Shown here: positions 22,652 to 32,464 of the stretch, in pieces | How positions within the stretch are numbered: the stretch's first letter is position 1 | Layout of the letters: each line of letters opens with the position of its first letter | Virus record (IMG/VR): IMGVR_UViG_3300045988_132703 | DNA length: 64,000 nucleotides | Direction: 5' to 3' (one strand) | Source: a virus | Notes under the pieces: model-generated | Database searches by the model: none | Told to the model about the DNA's origin: nothing | Seen by the model: only the letters and a program-made list of their open reading frames with translations | Made by a program: the position numbers and the translations under genes

Positions 22652-23635
22652 TTATAGAGTTTTATATAAATCTTCCAAATCAGAAACAGTAAGCTCAAGT
22701 GCATCCTGTTGTGCCGGAGTAGTTTGAGAAAGAAGAACTTGGGAACCAAAATTCTTCTCAATAATATGATTCATCTCACCAACGGTGGTATCTGAATCGT
22801 TCTTTTCAAGAATTTTAATCCAAATGTCTTTTGCTTCTGCCATCACTTCATCAAAAGGACGAACTTCAGATTGATAGAAGTTATCTCCTTTTTCAACAGT
22901 TCCCTCAGAGCCAACTTGCTTATCAATAGCATCATTAACGGCATCAACTAATTCTTGATAACCAAATTTTGCTTTGTCAGGAATATAGCGGAAACGAGAA
23001 CCGGCTTGCATATGTTTATTGCCTTTAAAGTACATATAGCGAGTACCAATTTCATCTTCCGCACTGCTATATTCAATGCCAATATAGATAATAAAATCGA
23101 CTAATTTATTTACGATGTTTGCGGCGATAGATGGACAAGCAGGGATAATTCGAGGATATTCTTCTCCATTCTCCTTAATAGTTTTTTCTTGCGCGTGGCT
23201 GATAAAAATAATACCATAACCCATCATTGCAATGTCGCGGAAAATTTTAGAAAACTCTTTCTTGAGTTTTGTCCAACCACCGCCATAAGGAATATCGCCA
23301 ATAGATTGAACTCCATTAGTACTGCAAATATATTGTTCACAAAGATCATAAGCAATATCTACGGTATCTATTGAAACAAAATCAAATTTCTCTTTTACTT
23401 TATCATTGGCCAACTGCTTTACCGCAAGTTTAAAATCTTTCCAAGAAGTAATATTAATTTTATAAATATTATTCAAGCCATTAGTACCTGGCTCAAAAGA
23501 AAAAATCAAAGACTTCGGGAAAGAAGCTACAAGACTAGTCTTTCCAATTTTAGGAAGGCCATAAGCTAAAATATATTTGCCTTTAAGGTCTCTTGAAATT
23601 TTAGTAGGTTCCAAATTTAATAAATCAATAGCCAT
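22652..23635 (-). CDS. AAA_24 / Sak4-like RecA-fold ATPase
   Basis: Walker A GLPKIGKTSL, Walker B-like FVSIDTVD. No TAG. Confidence 0.65.
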   Translation of the reverse strand: MAIDLLNLEPTKISRDLKGKYILAYGLPKIGKTSLVASFPKSLIFSFEPGTNGLNNIYKINITSWKDFKLAVKQLANDKVKEKFDFVSIDTVDIAYDLCEQYICSTNGVQSIGDIPYGGGWTKLKKEFSKIFRDIAMMGYGIIFISHAQEKTIKENGEEYPRIIPACPSIAANIVNKLVDFIIYIGIEYSSAEDEIGTRYMYFKGNKHMQAGSRFRYIPDKAKFGYQELVDAVNDAIDKQVGSEGTVEKGDNFYQSEVRPFDEVMAEAKDIWIKILEKNDSDTTVGEMNHIIEKNFGSQVLLSQTTPAQQDALELTVSDLEDLYKTL

Positions 23636-23673
23636 GTTATTTACTCCATATATTATATCTCAACTTTCATTTT

Positions 23674-23704
23674 AAAATAAAAAGGAGTGGATTGCTCCAC
23701 TCCC
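23674..23704 (-). terminator. Rho-independent terminator
   Basis: 8-bp stem GGAGTGGA/TCCACTCC with a 4-nt loop, then a U-run on the minus strand. Confidence 0.6.
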
Positions 23705-23713
23705 TAAAATTTC

Positions 23714-24601
23714 TTAGAAACCGCGGCTTAAACGATTTGCGTTAGCTTTAGGAGCAGCAGTTTGAGTATTCTTTAAACGCTCTTCAGTTACGCGCTTCTT
23801 TTCATTTAGTGCCGGAGCAACTTCGTCGATGTTATAAGCATTATCTTCGTCATACGGTGCGGAACCAGCAGTTACAATGAACTCGTGAATGTTACGAGTG
23901 CGAACTTTAGTAGGAGCTTCACCGAAAGCAGTTACATCAGCACTAGTAACTTCAACAGTTTCAGAACCATAACGAATCTTACCGCTCAATTTAACGGTGT
24001 TCTCTGGCTCCCAATTCTGCTCAATATAAGAAACAGCTTGAGGATTCTCAACAATATAACGAATCTTATCGGGAGTACCGTTATACTGAATTACAAGACC
24101 ATCAACCAACATACGACCAGTGGTCTCTTCATTCTTAACTTCATCTGCGACATTGGCAATGACAATTTCCTGCTCAAAAGATGCATCCTCTTCCTCTGCC
24201 GCAACGCCAGAACGCTTAGAGAAAAAAGAACCATTAATTACAGTAGTGGAAACAATAGTACCATCGCGTCCAAGGAAATTATTTTCCTGAAGACGACAAT
24301 TGCACTCATAAGAATCTGCCTTAGTCGGATCACCAGTTGCTGCAACAGAAATACCCTTAGTCATCAAATCTTTTGCATTCTGATATGCAGGATTAGGTTT
24401 GCCAGCATTGGTTTTCTCAAATGCGAAAACACGAACTGGAATAACTTCAGTTTCCTCAATATCGCTTACCATTTGATTGACAAGGAAAGTAACATCACCG
24501 CTGATATAATGGCGGCCGTCCTTTGAACTGTCACGCTCCTGCAAATTAATTTCATTGAGTCTGCCGAGAATATGTACATTATTATATGCTTGCTTCAACA
24601 T
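23714..24601 (-). CDS. Putative ssDNA-binding protein (OB-fold type)
   Basis: Position after the AAA_24 ATPase. Acidic middle region. Assignment is by context only. Confidence 0.3.
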   Translation of the reverse strand: MLKQAYNNVHILGRLNEINLQERDSSKDGRHYISGDVTFLVNQMVSDIEETEVIPVRVFAFEKTNAGKPNPAYQNAKDLMTKGISVAATGDPTKADSYECNCRLQENNFLGRDGTIVSTTVINGSFFSKRSGVAAEEEDASFEQEIVIANVADEVKNEETTGRMLVDGLVIQYNGTPDKIRYIVENPQAVSYIEQNWEPENTVKLSGKIRYGSETVEVTSADVTAFGEAPTKVRTRNIHEFIVTAGSAPYDEDNAYNIDEVAPALNEKKRVTEERLKNTQTAAPKANANRLSRGF

Positions 24602-24722
24602 AAAACTTTCTCCAAATATTTTCTTTTTATAATTATATTATATTACAATATTATATTAAAGTCAAAATTTTATAAAAGAAAAGGGGAGTAAAACTCCCCT
24701 AAATTATATTTTGGTGTATCTA

Positions 24723-25046
24723 TTACTCAGCGCTCTTTGCAGCCTTAGCAGCAGCCTTAGCAGCTTTCTCAGCAGCCTTACGCTCGGCTTCCTCAGCCTC
24801 AGCCTTCTCAGGATCGAAAGCCATGCCCTCGTCAGTCAAAGCAATATACTTAACAGTGGTCTTCTTACCCTCAACCTCGATAACATCCTCGGTACGAACG
24901 GCATAGCCCTTACGAACAAGACCATTGACAGAACCAGTAACAGCAGAAACGGTAATGCCGAGCTTCTCAGCAATCTCGCCAGCAGTCAAATTAACATCAT
25001 GATTGTCGTGAAGAAAATGAAATACATTCTTAGAATTCTCAGTCAT
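24723..25046 (-). CDS. Winged-helix DNA-binding protein with Lys/Ala-rich tail
   Basis: HTH segment LTAGEIAEKLGITVSAVTGSVNGLVRKGY and a C-terminal AERKAAEKAAKAAAKAAK tail. Confidence 0.55.
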   Translation of the reverse strand: MTENSKNVFHFLHDNHDVNLTAGEIAEKLGITVSAVTGSVNGLVRKGYAVRTEDVIEVEGKKTTVKYIALTDEGMAFDPEKAEAEEAERKAAEKAAKAAAKAAKSAE

Positions 25047-25124
25047 AATAGAATTACTCCTTAAACTTAAATACTTTTTAATTTATAAACATTTTAGAAA
25101 ACCTTTTCTTGATTTTCTATAAAT

Positions 25125-25153
25125 ATTATAGCATAAACATTATTGAAAGTCAA
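25125..25153 (-). promoter_or_regulatory. Consensus promoter
   Basis: Minus strand reads TTGACT, 17-nt spacer, TATAAT, then ATTTATAGAAAATC. A second TGCTATAAT box lies at 25235-43. Confidence 0.6.
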
Positions 25154-25259
25154 TTATTTAATAGCTTTTATTTTCAAAATTTAATTTTGAATAAATTTAA
25201 TATTTAATTTTCTATCTCTTAACTTTCTATAAATATTATAGCACATCGCGCGGTAAAAA

Positions 25260-25544
25260 TCAAGTAACTGATTTGTCAAGTTCCTCAATAAATTTTGTGA
25301 CTAGAGGAATTGTTAAATCAACTTTTTCCTTTTGAGTATTAAGGACGCGCAGACGATGTTCCATAATCATTTTTAATTGTTTTTCATTATAATCAGAAAT
25401 ATCATCATTGATAAGTTTATCCATCAAACTTTTATATTCTTCTATTGTATTACGAATCGTTTCTTTTGGACTATCTTTCAAGCCAGTATCTTTTGCGCTC
25501 TCAAGAAAGTTTTCTAAGTCTCGAATAGTAGTTTCAATAGACAT
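25260..25544 (-). CDS. Small hypothetical protein
   Basis: Track ORF with its own promoter upstream. Confidence 0.45.
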   Translation of the reverse strand: MSIETTIRDLENFLESAKDTGLKDSPKETIRNTIEEYKSLMDKLINDDISDYNEKQLKMIMEHRLRVLNTQKEKVDLTIPLVTKFIEELDKSVT

Positions 25545-25614
25545 AGTTAAAAGACCAAAGTTGTCTTTAATACACTATTTCATCGGAAACACCTCTGTTT
25601 GATTTTCTATAATT

Positions 25615-25660
25615 AGTATAACATACAAAACAAAAAAAGTCAAGGTAATGACACCTTGAC
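25615..25660 (-). promoter_or_regulatory. Promoter whose -35 lies in the 3' arm of a terminator hairpin
   Basis: Minus strand reads GTCAAGGT-GTCATT-ACCTTGAC followed by a U-run. TTGACT, 17-nt spacer, TATACT. Confidence 0.55.
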
Positions 25661-25668
25661 TTAAATAT

Positions 25669-27534
25669 TTATTCGACAATTAATCCGGTTACATATTGCC
25701 CATCTTTAAGATTAATAGATTTTACGCCAACCGTTGCACGACTAGTAGTAGGAATTTCATTCAAAGAAATTTTTATAATTGCTCCTGTACTAGCAACAGA
25801 AACAGTTTTTGAATCTTCGCGCACGGGTGCAAAGCCAGCTAATTTATCCCCATCATTTAGCTTATGAATAATTGCTCCTTTTGCTGCGCGGGAAGTAACT
25901 GAAAATTCATCTAAATCAGTCTTTTTAACTTGTCCTGCTTCAGTTACGGAGATAAGCTCCTTAGCATCTTTTCTAATGACACAAGCGTCACAAACTTCAT
26001 CACCAGGGCGCAGAGTAATTCCACGGACACCGATAGTATTTCTACCTTGAGTATTAATTTCAGTTAATGGGAAAATAACGACATAGCCGTTTTTGGTAGT
26101 GATCGCGAGATTATCTTTATTATTCACAATCATTACTCTTTTAATAAAATCACCATCAGTTAATTTAATCGCAGAAACGCCTTTAATACGCTTAATATTA
26201 TATTCTCTTAAAAGAGTCTTTTTAACAGTTCCCTTTTGAGTAACAAAAAGGACTTCTTCTCCTTGAGATTTATCTGTATCGCTGACAATATAAGTAATTG
26301 TCTCGTCAGGCGCGAGTTCAAGGATTGTACTAATTGGAGTTCTGCAATCAAGAGTGAGATTACTTAGTGCAAGATTGTATACTTTACCAAGAGAACTAAA
26401 AAGTAAAAGATTATTTAGATTAGAATCTTTTACCGTTTGAATAATTTGCTCATTATTGCCTAACTTAACTTTCATACCTCTGCCGCGACGTGCAGTGATA
26501 AGAGTAGTATCTTCATAAGCGTAAAGAGTATTTAAATTAGTTAAATGAACAACCATTTGTTTCTTTTCTATTGGCTCATCGGTCTCTTCATTAATGGTTA
26601 AATTCATAATTTGAGTGCGACGTTCGTCACCAAACTTTGATGCAACATCCTGCCAACCTTTAATTAATTGTTTATCAAATTCTTCTTCATTATCAAGAAT
26701 ATATCTTAATCCATCAATTTTTGCAGTAAGTTCTTCAGCTTCTTTTTCAAATTTCTCAACTTCCATGTGCGCTAAGCGAGAAAGTTTAATATCAAGAATT
26801 GCTTTAGCTTGAATTTCATCAAGTAAAAAGTTAGATTGCAAATTTTTATTTGCCTCTGCCGTTGAAGAAGATTTTTTGATTACTTCAATAACTTCTTCGA
26901 TTCGTGCAAGCGCAATTAAAATGCCTTCAACAATATGAAGTCTTGCTTCTGCTTTTGCTAAATCATATTCATAACCACGACGATAAACTACTTTCTCATG
27001 GTCAATATGAGCTTGAAGCAATTCTCTCCATCCAAATACTCTTGGGAAACGGCCATTATCAAGCATCGTCATATTAATGCTAAAATGATGCTGTAAAGAT
27101 GTTTCTTTATAAAGAATCTGAAGCACTTTAGAAACATTGGCTTTTTTAGTAAGATAAATTTTAATATTAGGAGTAGAACCTGTCAAATCATTATAGCGCT
27201 CAATACCAGGACAAAGTCCTTCATTTAAAATTCTATCAAGCTCTCCACGAATTGTTCCAGTATAAACGCTATAAGGGATTTCTTTAACAATTAAACAATT
27301 TTCACTCTCGTCATACTCAATAACAGAGCGGAGTTTGCAAGCTTTACCAACACCATTCTTAATACTTTCTTTTACTTCGTCAGCATTAAGTAAAATTGCT
27401 CCAGTGGCGAAATCTGGCGCGCAATAAATTTCATCAAAATCGCAGTCTGGATTTTGAAGCAAAGTAATTAAAGCGTTATTTACATCTTTAATATTAAATT
27501 GAGGACAACTAGAGCTTGCGGCGACCATGCCGCT
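25669..27534 (-). CDS. Type IIA topoisomerase subunit A (GyrA/ParC-like), exon 3
   Basis: The junction SGIG|SGMVAAS matches SGIAVGMAT. The 3' splice site is uncertain by a few nt. Confidence 0.75.
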   Translation of the reverse strand, partial: SGMVAASSSCPQFNIKDVNNALITLLQNPDCDFDEIYCAPDFATGAILLNADEVKESIKNGVGKACKLRSVIEYDESENCLIVKEIPYSVYTGTIRGELDRILNEGLCPGIERYNDLTGSTPNIKIYLTKKANVSKVLQILYKETSLQHHFSINMTMLDNGRFPRVFGWRELLQAHIDHEKVVYRRGYEYDLAKAEARLHIVEGILIALARIEEVIEVIKKSSSTAEANKNLQSNFLLDEIQAKAILDIKLSRLAHMEVEKFEKEAEELTAKIDGLRYILDNEEEFDKQLIKGWQDVASKFGDERRTQIMNLTINEETDEPIEKKQMVVHLTNLNTLYAYEDTTLITARRGRGMKVKLGNNEQIIQTVKDSNLNNLLLFSSLGKVYNLALSNLTLDCRTPISTILELAPDETITYIVSDTDKSQGEEVLFVTQKGTVKKTLLREYNIKRIKGVSAIKLTDGDFIKRVMIVNNKDNLAITTKNGYVVIFPLTEINTQGRNTIGVRGITLRPGDEVCDACVIRKDAKELISVTEAGQVKKTDLDEFSVTSRAAKGAIIHKLNDGDKLAGFAPVREDSKTVSVASTGAIIKISLNEIPTTSRATVGVKSINLKDGQYVTGLIVE

Positions 27535-27861
27535 CCACCATTTCGGGTGGCACTGACTATCTTTTACTTTCTATAAATAGAAAGGACACCATTTCAGACT
27601 GTGTACCAATAACAGCCTTACTCCCCCGATTCGGGGATAGTCGATACAGGATTTATTTTAATATGTCTATATCTTCGACCGCAATATATATCATTAAAAT
27701 ATTTCCCACGGGATTGCCTTCTAATTGTAAAATGCTATTCCAATTCCAAAACTTTAATTTTTAAATTAAATTTGGCATTACAATCGTTCAGGTTTCCCCG
27801 TTAGCCACATTAAGTGACCCCGCTGGTAAGCGGTAAAGTGTTACACAGGCAATTCTTAATT
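27535..27861 (-). mobile_element. Group I intron (family B), ORF-less, in topoisomerase A
   Basis: Carries the family B blocks plus an AT-rich insertion. Confidence 0.65.
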
Positions 27862-28149
27862 ACCAATTCCACTAGTGCCATTGACAATATTAAAATAGCC
27901 CTTTCCAGTTAAAACGGCAGGATATTGTTCTGTGTCATCGTAATTATCTCGCCATTCTTTAATGGTATTTTTTTCAATATCTTTGAATAGATATTCAGCG
28001 AGAGGGGACAAACGTGCAGAAGTATAACGAGGAGCAGACCAGTTTCCGCTTTCTGCGAGAGTACCGTAAGCGCCATCTACTTCAACCAAAGGATAGCGCA
28101 TAGAGAATGGTTGCCCCGCACGCATAATAACTCCAACACAAGATGAGTC
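27862..28149 (-). CDS. Topoisomerase subunit A, exon 2
   Basis: DSSCVGVIMRAGQPFSMRYPLVEVDG matches GDSAVYDTIVRMAQPFSLRY. Confidence 0.75.
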
Positions 28150-28378
28150 CAAAATGTTATCCTAAAAGCTTTTTATCTTTTAGTTCTTACAATTTCTTGT
28201 AAGTTCAGCATATCTTTTTAGCTCGCGCTATCGGGGCCTCGTGGAGAGATTATATCTTTTCACTCTCTATGCGTTGCGGCTGGCTATATTAAATATAGCC
28301 TTCACCTCTGATTAGCTTGACTTAAAGTTTTAGCCTTCCAGATTTTTTCCCCAATTTAACCACGGCAATTCAATCTTT
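28150..28378 (-). mobile_element. Group I intron (singleton family E), ORF-less
   Basis: Splits HPHG|D (here YIHG|DSS). Contains GGTTAAATTGGGGAAAA and AAGATATAATC core-like elements. U/G boundaries hold. Confidence 0.55.
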
Positions 28379-28588
28379 ACCGTGGATATACATTCTCATT
28401 GCTGAGCCTACTGCTTTCAAAGTCTTTTTAAAAGGCTTATCAGCAGTAAATTTATCTGTTTTCATACAGTAGAAAATTTGCCGAGCGGACGGTTTCAAAA
28501 AATCTCGCGCATCCACGAGAGCGCGAGACTGCAAAACCGCACCAGAATATTGAGCAAAACTTTCTTCAATAATCGGTGTTAGTTCCAT
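28379..28588 (-). CDS. Topoisomerase subunit A, exon 1
   Basis: N-terminal GyrA-like region ending ...RMYIHG. Confidence 0.7.
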
Positions 28589-28589
28589 A

Positions 28590-28976
28590 TTACTCCTTTA
28601 TTTCTGAAAAGTCAATTTTACTAAATACAAAATCTTTACGAGGTTGAACATCCTCGCCCATCAAATCATAAAGCATTTGAATAGAATCATCATCTGAGAC
28701 AAGAATATCCATTCGTTGATTCTCAGGATTAAACATAGATTCTTTTGCTTTTGCTGCACTCAATGCGCCCAAGCCTTTTTCACGACTAACATCGCCTTTA
28801 ATTTGCGCTCGAGCTTTGTTAAACTCTTCATCGCTGTAAAAATAAGTGTGTTTCTTACCATTTGTAACAATGTAAAGAGGAGAGCGTAACCAGCATAGTC
28901 TATGCTCTTGAATGAACTCAGGAGCAAGATATTGTAGTGCAGACATAATAAGCAAACCAATATGATAACCATCGGA
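28590..28976 (-). CDS. Type IIA topoisomerase subunit B (GyrB/ParE-like), exon 4
   Basis: The junction SDAD|SDGYHIGLL matches TDADVDGSHI. Confidence 0.75.
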   Translation of the reverse strand, partial: SDGYHIGLLIMSALQYLAPEFIQEHRLCWLRSPLYIVTNGKKHTYFYSDEEFNKARAQIKGDVSREKGLGALSAAKAKESMFNPENQRMDILVSDDDSIQMLYDLMGEDVQPRKDFVFSKIDFSEIKE

Positions 28977-29229
28977 CATTTATACCCTAGCTTTCGCTAT
29001 ATTTCAAGGGATTAGACTATACAATCTCAGTAGAGTCAGTATTATAGTCGTTGAACGTTTTTCCTTTTAAGGAAACTTCGCTGCGCTTGATTACCCAATC
29101 TTCAATGATATTACTGTACCGTTCCCGTTACTGAACGCCACCAAAATAATTACTTACTTGGTTTAGTTATTGAAGCTCTAAGGGACTTCCCGCAATTTAA
29201 CTGATTTAGTGCGGACTCAACTTTTGGTT
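28977..29229 (-). mobile_element. Group I intron (family A), ORF-less
   Basis: Near-identical blocks to the recJ intron, e.g. GAT|TAACC(A/T)AAAGT...GAGTCC...TTAAATTGCGGG. Confidence 0.7.
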
Positions 29230-29380
29230 AATCCGCATCCGAACAAATAGCAATTCGTCCATAACGTAGTTTAGAAGAATTGTATTTTCCGGGGATAATA
29301 TTCATCGCACTTAGGAGCAATTTAATTTCTTCATTTTCAAAAATTTTATCCTCGCTATTGGATAGGCAATTAATAATTTT
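29230..29380 (-). CDS. Topoisomerase subunit B, exon 3 (50-codon micro-exon containing a +1 frame change)
   Basis: KIINCLSNSEDKIF (frame 0) followed by ENEEIKLLLSAMNIIPGKYNSSKLRYGRIAICSDAD (+1). Together they align residue-for-residue with [27 protein letters not shown]. Confidence 0.65.
29336..29344 (-). other. Candidate +1 frameshift site AUU UUU UGA
   Basis: T6 run (29343-38 on the minus strand). The frame-0 TGA comes immediately after UUU, and tRNA-Phe can re-pair on UUU after a +1 slip. Confidence 0.45.
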
Positions 29381-29612
29381 CGCGTAATCCATTATTTCTA
29401 ATGGTGCTGACTATCTTTTAATAGAAAATTCTATTACAGCCATTTCGAACTATGTATCAATAATAGTCCTACGAGCCGATTAAGGCATCTAGTCGATACA
29501 GGTATTTTATTCCCACGGGATTGCCTTGCCTGCATAGGTTTAGGTTTCCCCGTTAGCCGCAATGAGCGACCCCACTGATAAGTGGCAAAGCTGTATTAGG
29601 GCAATTTTGTTT
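29381..29612 (-). mobile_element. Group I intron (family B), ORF-less
   Basis: Splits PL(R/K)G|K. The 3' end GGATTACGCG parallels the dnaB intron's GGATTAAACG. Confidence 0.6.
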
Positions 29613-30596
29613 ACCCCTAATGGCCAAAATTCCGTAATGCTTTTCATCTCGCGCAATGGCCATAGCTGCCGCAGCAGAATTTCCTTCTACAATTAAGAGA
29701 GTTGAATCTTGCCCAAGATATTCTGCATCAGACAATTTATCAGAAGAAAAAACTTTTCTCTTTTGATTCTTCTCAATATCTTTAGTTGCATTTAGAACAG
29801 CTGTTCTTGCTTTTTCTGCTGCTTTTTCTGCTTTTTCTTCCTTGGTAAGAAAATCTTCAATTTTCTTTTCTTCATTGGGATATTGTAAGCAGAACTTCTC
29901 AAATCCTTCGCTAAAAGCTTTACTTGCAAGACTGCGCAATTCTGGATTGTTAATCTTCGTTTTTGTTTGATTAGCGAAAGAAGGATTAACAACTTTACAA
30001 CTAACTGCATAAACCAAACCAGTTCGTGCAAGCTCGCCAGTTAAACTTTTAATTTTCTTTTGAAGAGTTTTAGTAATTGAAGTTTTTAGACCAGTGATAG
30101 GAGTACCACCTTCAGCATTAGCAACACCATTTGTGAAACAATAAAAATGTTCATTGCGCGCTTTCGTCCAAACACAAGCAATTTCAACTGAATTTGTTCC
30201 ATCGCTTAAAAAGTAAGAAATCGGATTTTCATGAACTTTATTTGCAGCTTTTTGCATAACCAAATCCATAAGACCATTTTCACTTTTATAGGTAATACTT
30301 TGTGCTGGAGAGACAGTTTCATCTCGAAGTTCAAAAGTCAATCCTTTGGTTAGAAAACTTAAATTTTCACAAGTCTTACATAAATGCTCAAATTTAATTT
30401 CAATAGGCTCAAGATTAAAGACTTGCGCATCTGGCTTATATTTTACAAAAGTACCGTTGGGCAAATTTTTATCATTATTCACTTCGGTATAATCAATCAT
30501 ATTTCCGCGTTCAAAACAAATTGAAGCTACTCGATTATCACGAACTGACACAACTGAAAATTCTTCAGATGAAAGGCAAGTAGCTTTCGCTCCAAT
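29613..30596 (-). CDS. Topoisomerase subunit B, exon 2
   Basis: IGAKATCLSS (junction GLNG|IGAK matches GLHGVGAS). Toprim EGNSAA. Confidence 0.8.
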
Positions 30597-31504
30597 CTTA
30601 AATATTCAACAAGAGTCGTTAATTCCTGCCCGCGACTTTACTCGCTGCTCATAGTTTCCTATGAGAATAGACTATATCTTTTTCAATCCCATTTCGACTC
30701 ACTTGAGTCTACTCTACTAATTATCTCTTGATAATTTATACCTAATAATTTATTCCAATCTGGACATTTATTTTCAAGAAGATATTTTTCGATAGTCGTT
30801 GAACTTTCATCTATAATATAACCAAATTCTCTCATTTTGTTAATTCTAAAAAGTATTGCTTGGCGTAGCGCTTCGTCTGCGCCGTATTTTCCAATTGAAA
30901 AACTTTTTTGTTTTTGCAATTTTCTTTTGTCATTATATCTGGTATCATTTTCAAAAGTAGACCAGCGAACCCGGATTCTTGGAGTTCCTCTAGCCCCTTT
31001 TTCTATGCTAATGCCATTAAAATTAAAAGAATTTGATTTAATTGGTTTAGAGTTCTTTTTATTTTCAGAACAGGTAACTAATCTTAAATTGGACTTTTGA
31101 TTATTTAATCCATTGCCATCTATGTGATCAACTATGATTTTAGGATTGGTTACTTTCATAATATAACGATGTGCTTTTCCATAAGTATCATGCTGAGCAT
31201 AATCAGTTCTTGAATTATGCAATTCTTTTGGTACCAAATACCAACCACTCTTAGGAAAAGTTTCATAATCCTCATCGTCTAAAAGAATCTCTTTTCCGCA
31301 TTTCATTAAAAATTTTTTCATCTATAACCTCTTTATAGGGTTATATTATAGATGCTTAGCTGCGTTAGGTTATCCAATCTTTAACGATTTTACTATACCG
31401 TTCCCGTTACTGAACGCCATTTAATTATTACTAATTAAATTTAGTTGTTAAAGCTCTAAGGAATTTCCCGCAATTAAAGATTTTTTAGAACAGCTATGAA
31501 GTCA
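30597..31504 (-). mobile_element. Group I intron (family A) carrying an HNH-AP2 endonuclease
   Basis: Family A 5' core, ORF, then an AAGATATAGTCTA 3' core. U/G boundaries hold. Confidence 0.7.
30683..31321 (-). CDS. HNH endonuclease with AP2-like DNA-binding domain (intron-encoded)
   Basis: VDHIDGNGLNNQKSNLRLVTCSENKKN, followed by an AP2-like GISIEK...RIRVRW segment. No TAG. Confidence 0.75.
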   Translation of the reverse strand: MKKFLMKCGKEILLDDEDYETFPKSGWYLVPKELHNSRTDYAQHDTYGKAHRYIMKVTNPKIIVDHIDGNGLNNQKSNLRLVTCSENKKNSKPIKSNSFNFNGISIEKGARGTPRIRVRWSTFENDTRYNDKRKLQKQKSFSIGKYGADEALRQAILFRINKMREFGYIIDESSTTIEKYLLENKCPDWNKLLGINYQEIISRVDSSESKWD

Positions 31505-31843
31505 ACCGTTCAAACCAACTGCAAACTGATAATCTTTTGATGTAAATTTACCGCCAGTATGCGCATGAGAATAAATAGCTTCAAGAACATTTTCGCCATT
31601 TTCTCTTGTTCCAAAAGGAACTCCACGCCCATAATCTCTTACAGAAATGTAATTATCAGGATAAAGTACAATTTCAATTTTATTACCAAATCCCATAATA
31701 AATTCGTCAATTGAATTAGAAATAATTTCTTGGATGCCGTTGTACACGCCTTCCATATCGTTGGAACCAAGATACATCGGGATTCTCATACGAACAGCTT
31801 CCTTAAATTGAAGCGTTTCGATAGAGTTTATATCATAACTCAT
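31505..31843 (-). CDS. Topoisomerase subunit B, exon 1 (GHKL ATPase N-terminus)
   Basis: EIISNSIDE, VRDYGRGVP, GGKF...GLNG. Confidence 0.8.
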
Positions 31844-31864
31844 TTTATCACTCCTTTTACATAT

Positions 31865-31913
31865 ATTATATCACATAATAGAAAAGAAGTCAAGAAATAA
31901 TATCTTGACTTCT
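31865..31913 (-). promoter_or_regulatory. Promoter embedded in a terminator hairpin
   Basis: Minus strand reads AGAAGTCAAG-N9-CTTGACTTCT. The 3' arm supplies TTGACT, then a 17-nt spacer and TATAAT (31870-65). Confidence 0.55.
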
Positions 31914-31921
31914 GAAAGTAG

Positions 31922-32464
31922 TTATTTTCTTTTTAATTCTTTAAAAATTAAATTATTTGGAAGAAAATTTCTACAAATGTAGATGCTCCCAAATGACGCA
32001 CCTTTGCTGACTTCCGTTTGTTCTATATCCTTAAAATATTGAACTCTTTTGTCAAATATTAAAGCTTCACAATCTTTAATATAAGGAAATCTTTTTTGCC
32101 CCTGTAAAGTTGGGAGTGGTAATAACATTGCATAAGGCCGATTCAATTCGTATAATCTTTTTAAAACTTCATCTTTACAAGAAAATGGTGGATTAGAAAT
32201 GATATAGTCGTAAGGTTCATCAGGTTCATAAGAAAAGAAATCTTTTCCTTCGTCAATATGGGAATGAATCACTTTATATCCAGCTGCTGAAAATACTTTT
32301 ACAAATTGACTTTCTTCTTTATCAAAAGGACACCAAATAGTATAATTTGATTTATTTTCTTTATCTAAATACTATAGTAAAGGTTCTACAGCATATGCTG
32401 GAGTGTAGTATTCATCTGATTCTTTTGTACTTTTCGCTGTTAAATATCCTTTATTAGTTGGCAT
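31922..32464 (-). CDS. DNA N6-adenine methyltransferase-like (NPPF)
   Basis: EYYTP and ISNPPF motifs. 1 in-frame TAG. Extends track ORF 31922..32272. Confidence 0.6.

Noticed and set aside
23885-24526. Long antisense track ORFs opposite well-supported genes, e.g. 23885..24526, 16742..17149, 36161..36706, 43155..43682, 55639..56064, 58940..59440, 24711..25064, 2177..2455, 5433..5672.
   Set aside because: They lie fully inside genes with clear homology motifs on the other strand. They lack RBSs and have low-complexity Ile/Phe/Asn/Lys-rich composition typical of chance ORFs in AT-rich DNA.
27562-27580. CTTTCTATAAATAGAAAGG resembles the conserved promoter-proximal TATAGAAA box.
   Set aside because: It lies inside the family B intron of topoisomerase A, has no -35/-10 pair, and forms a simple intron hairpin.
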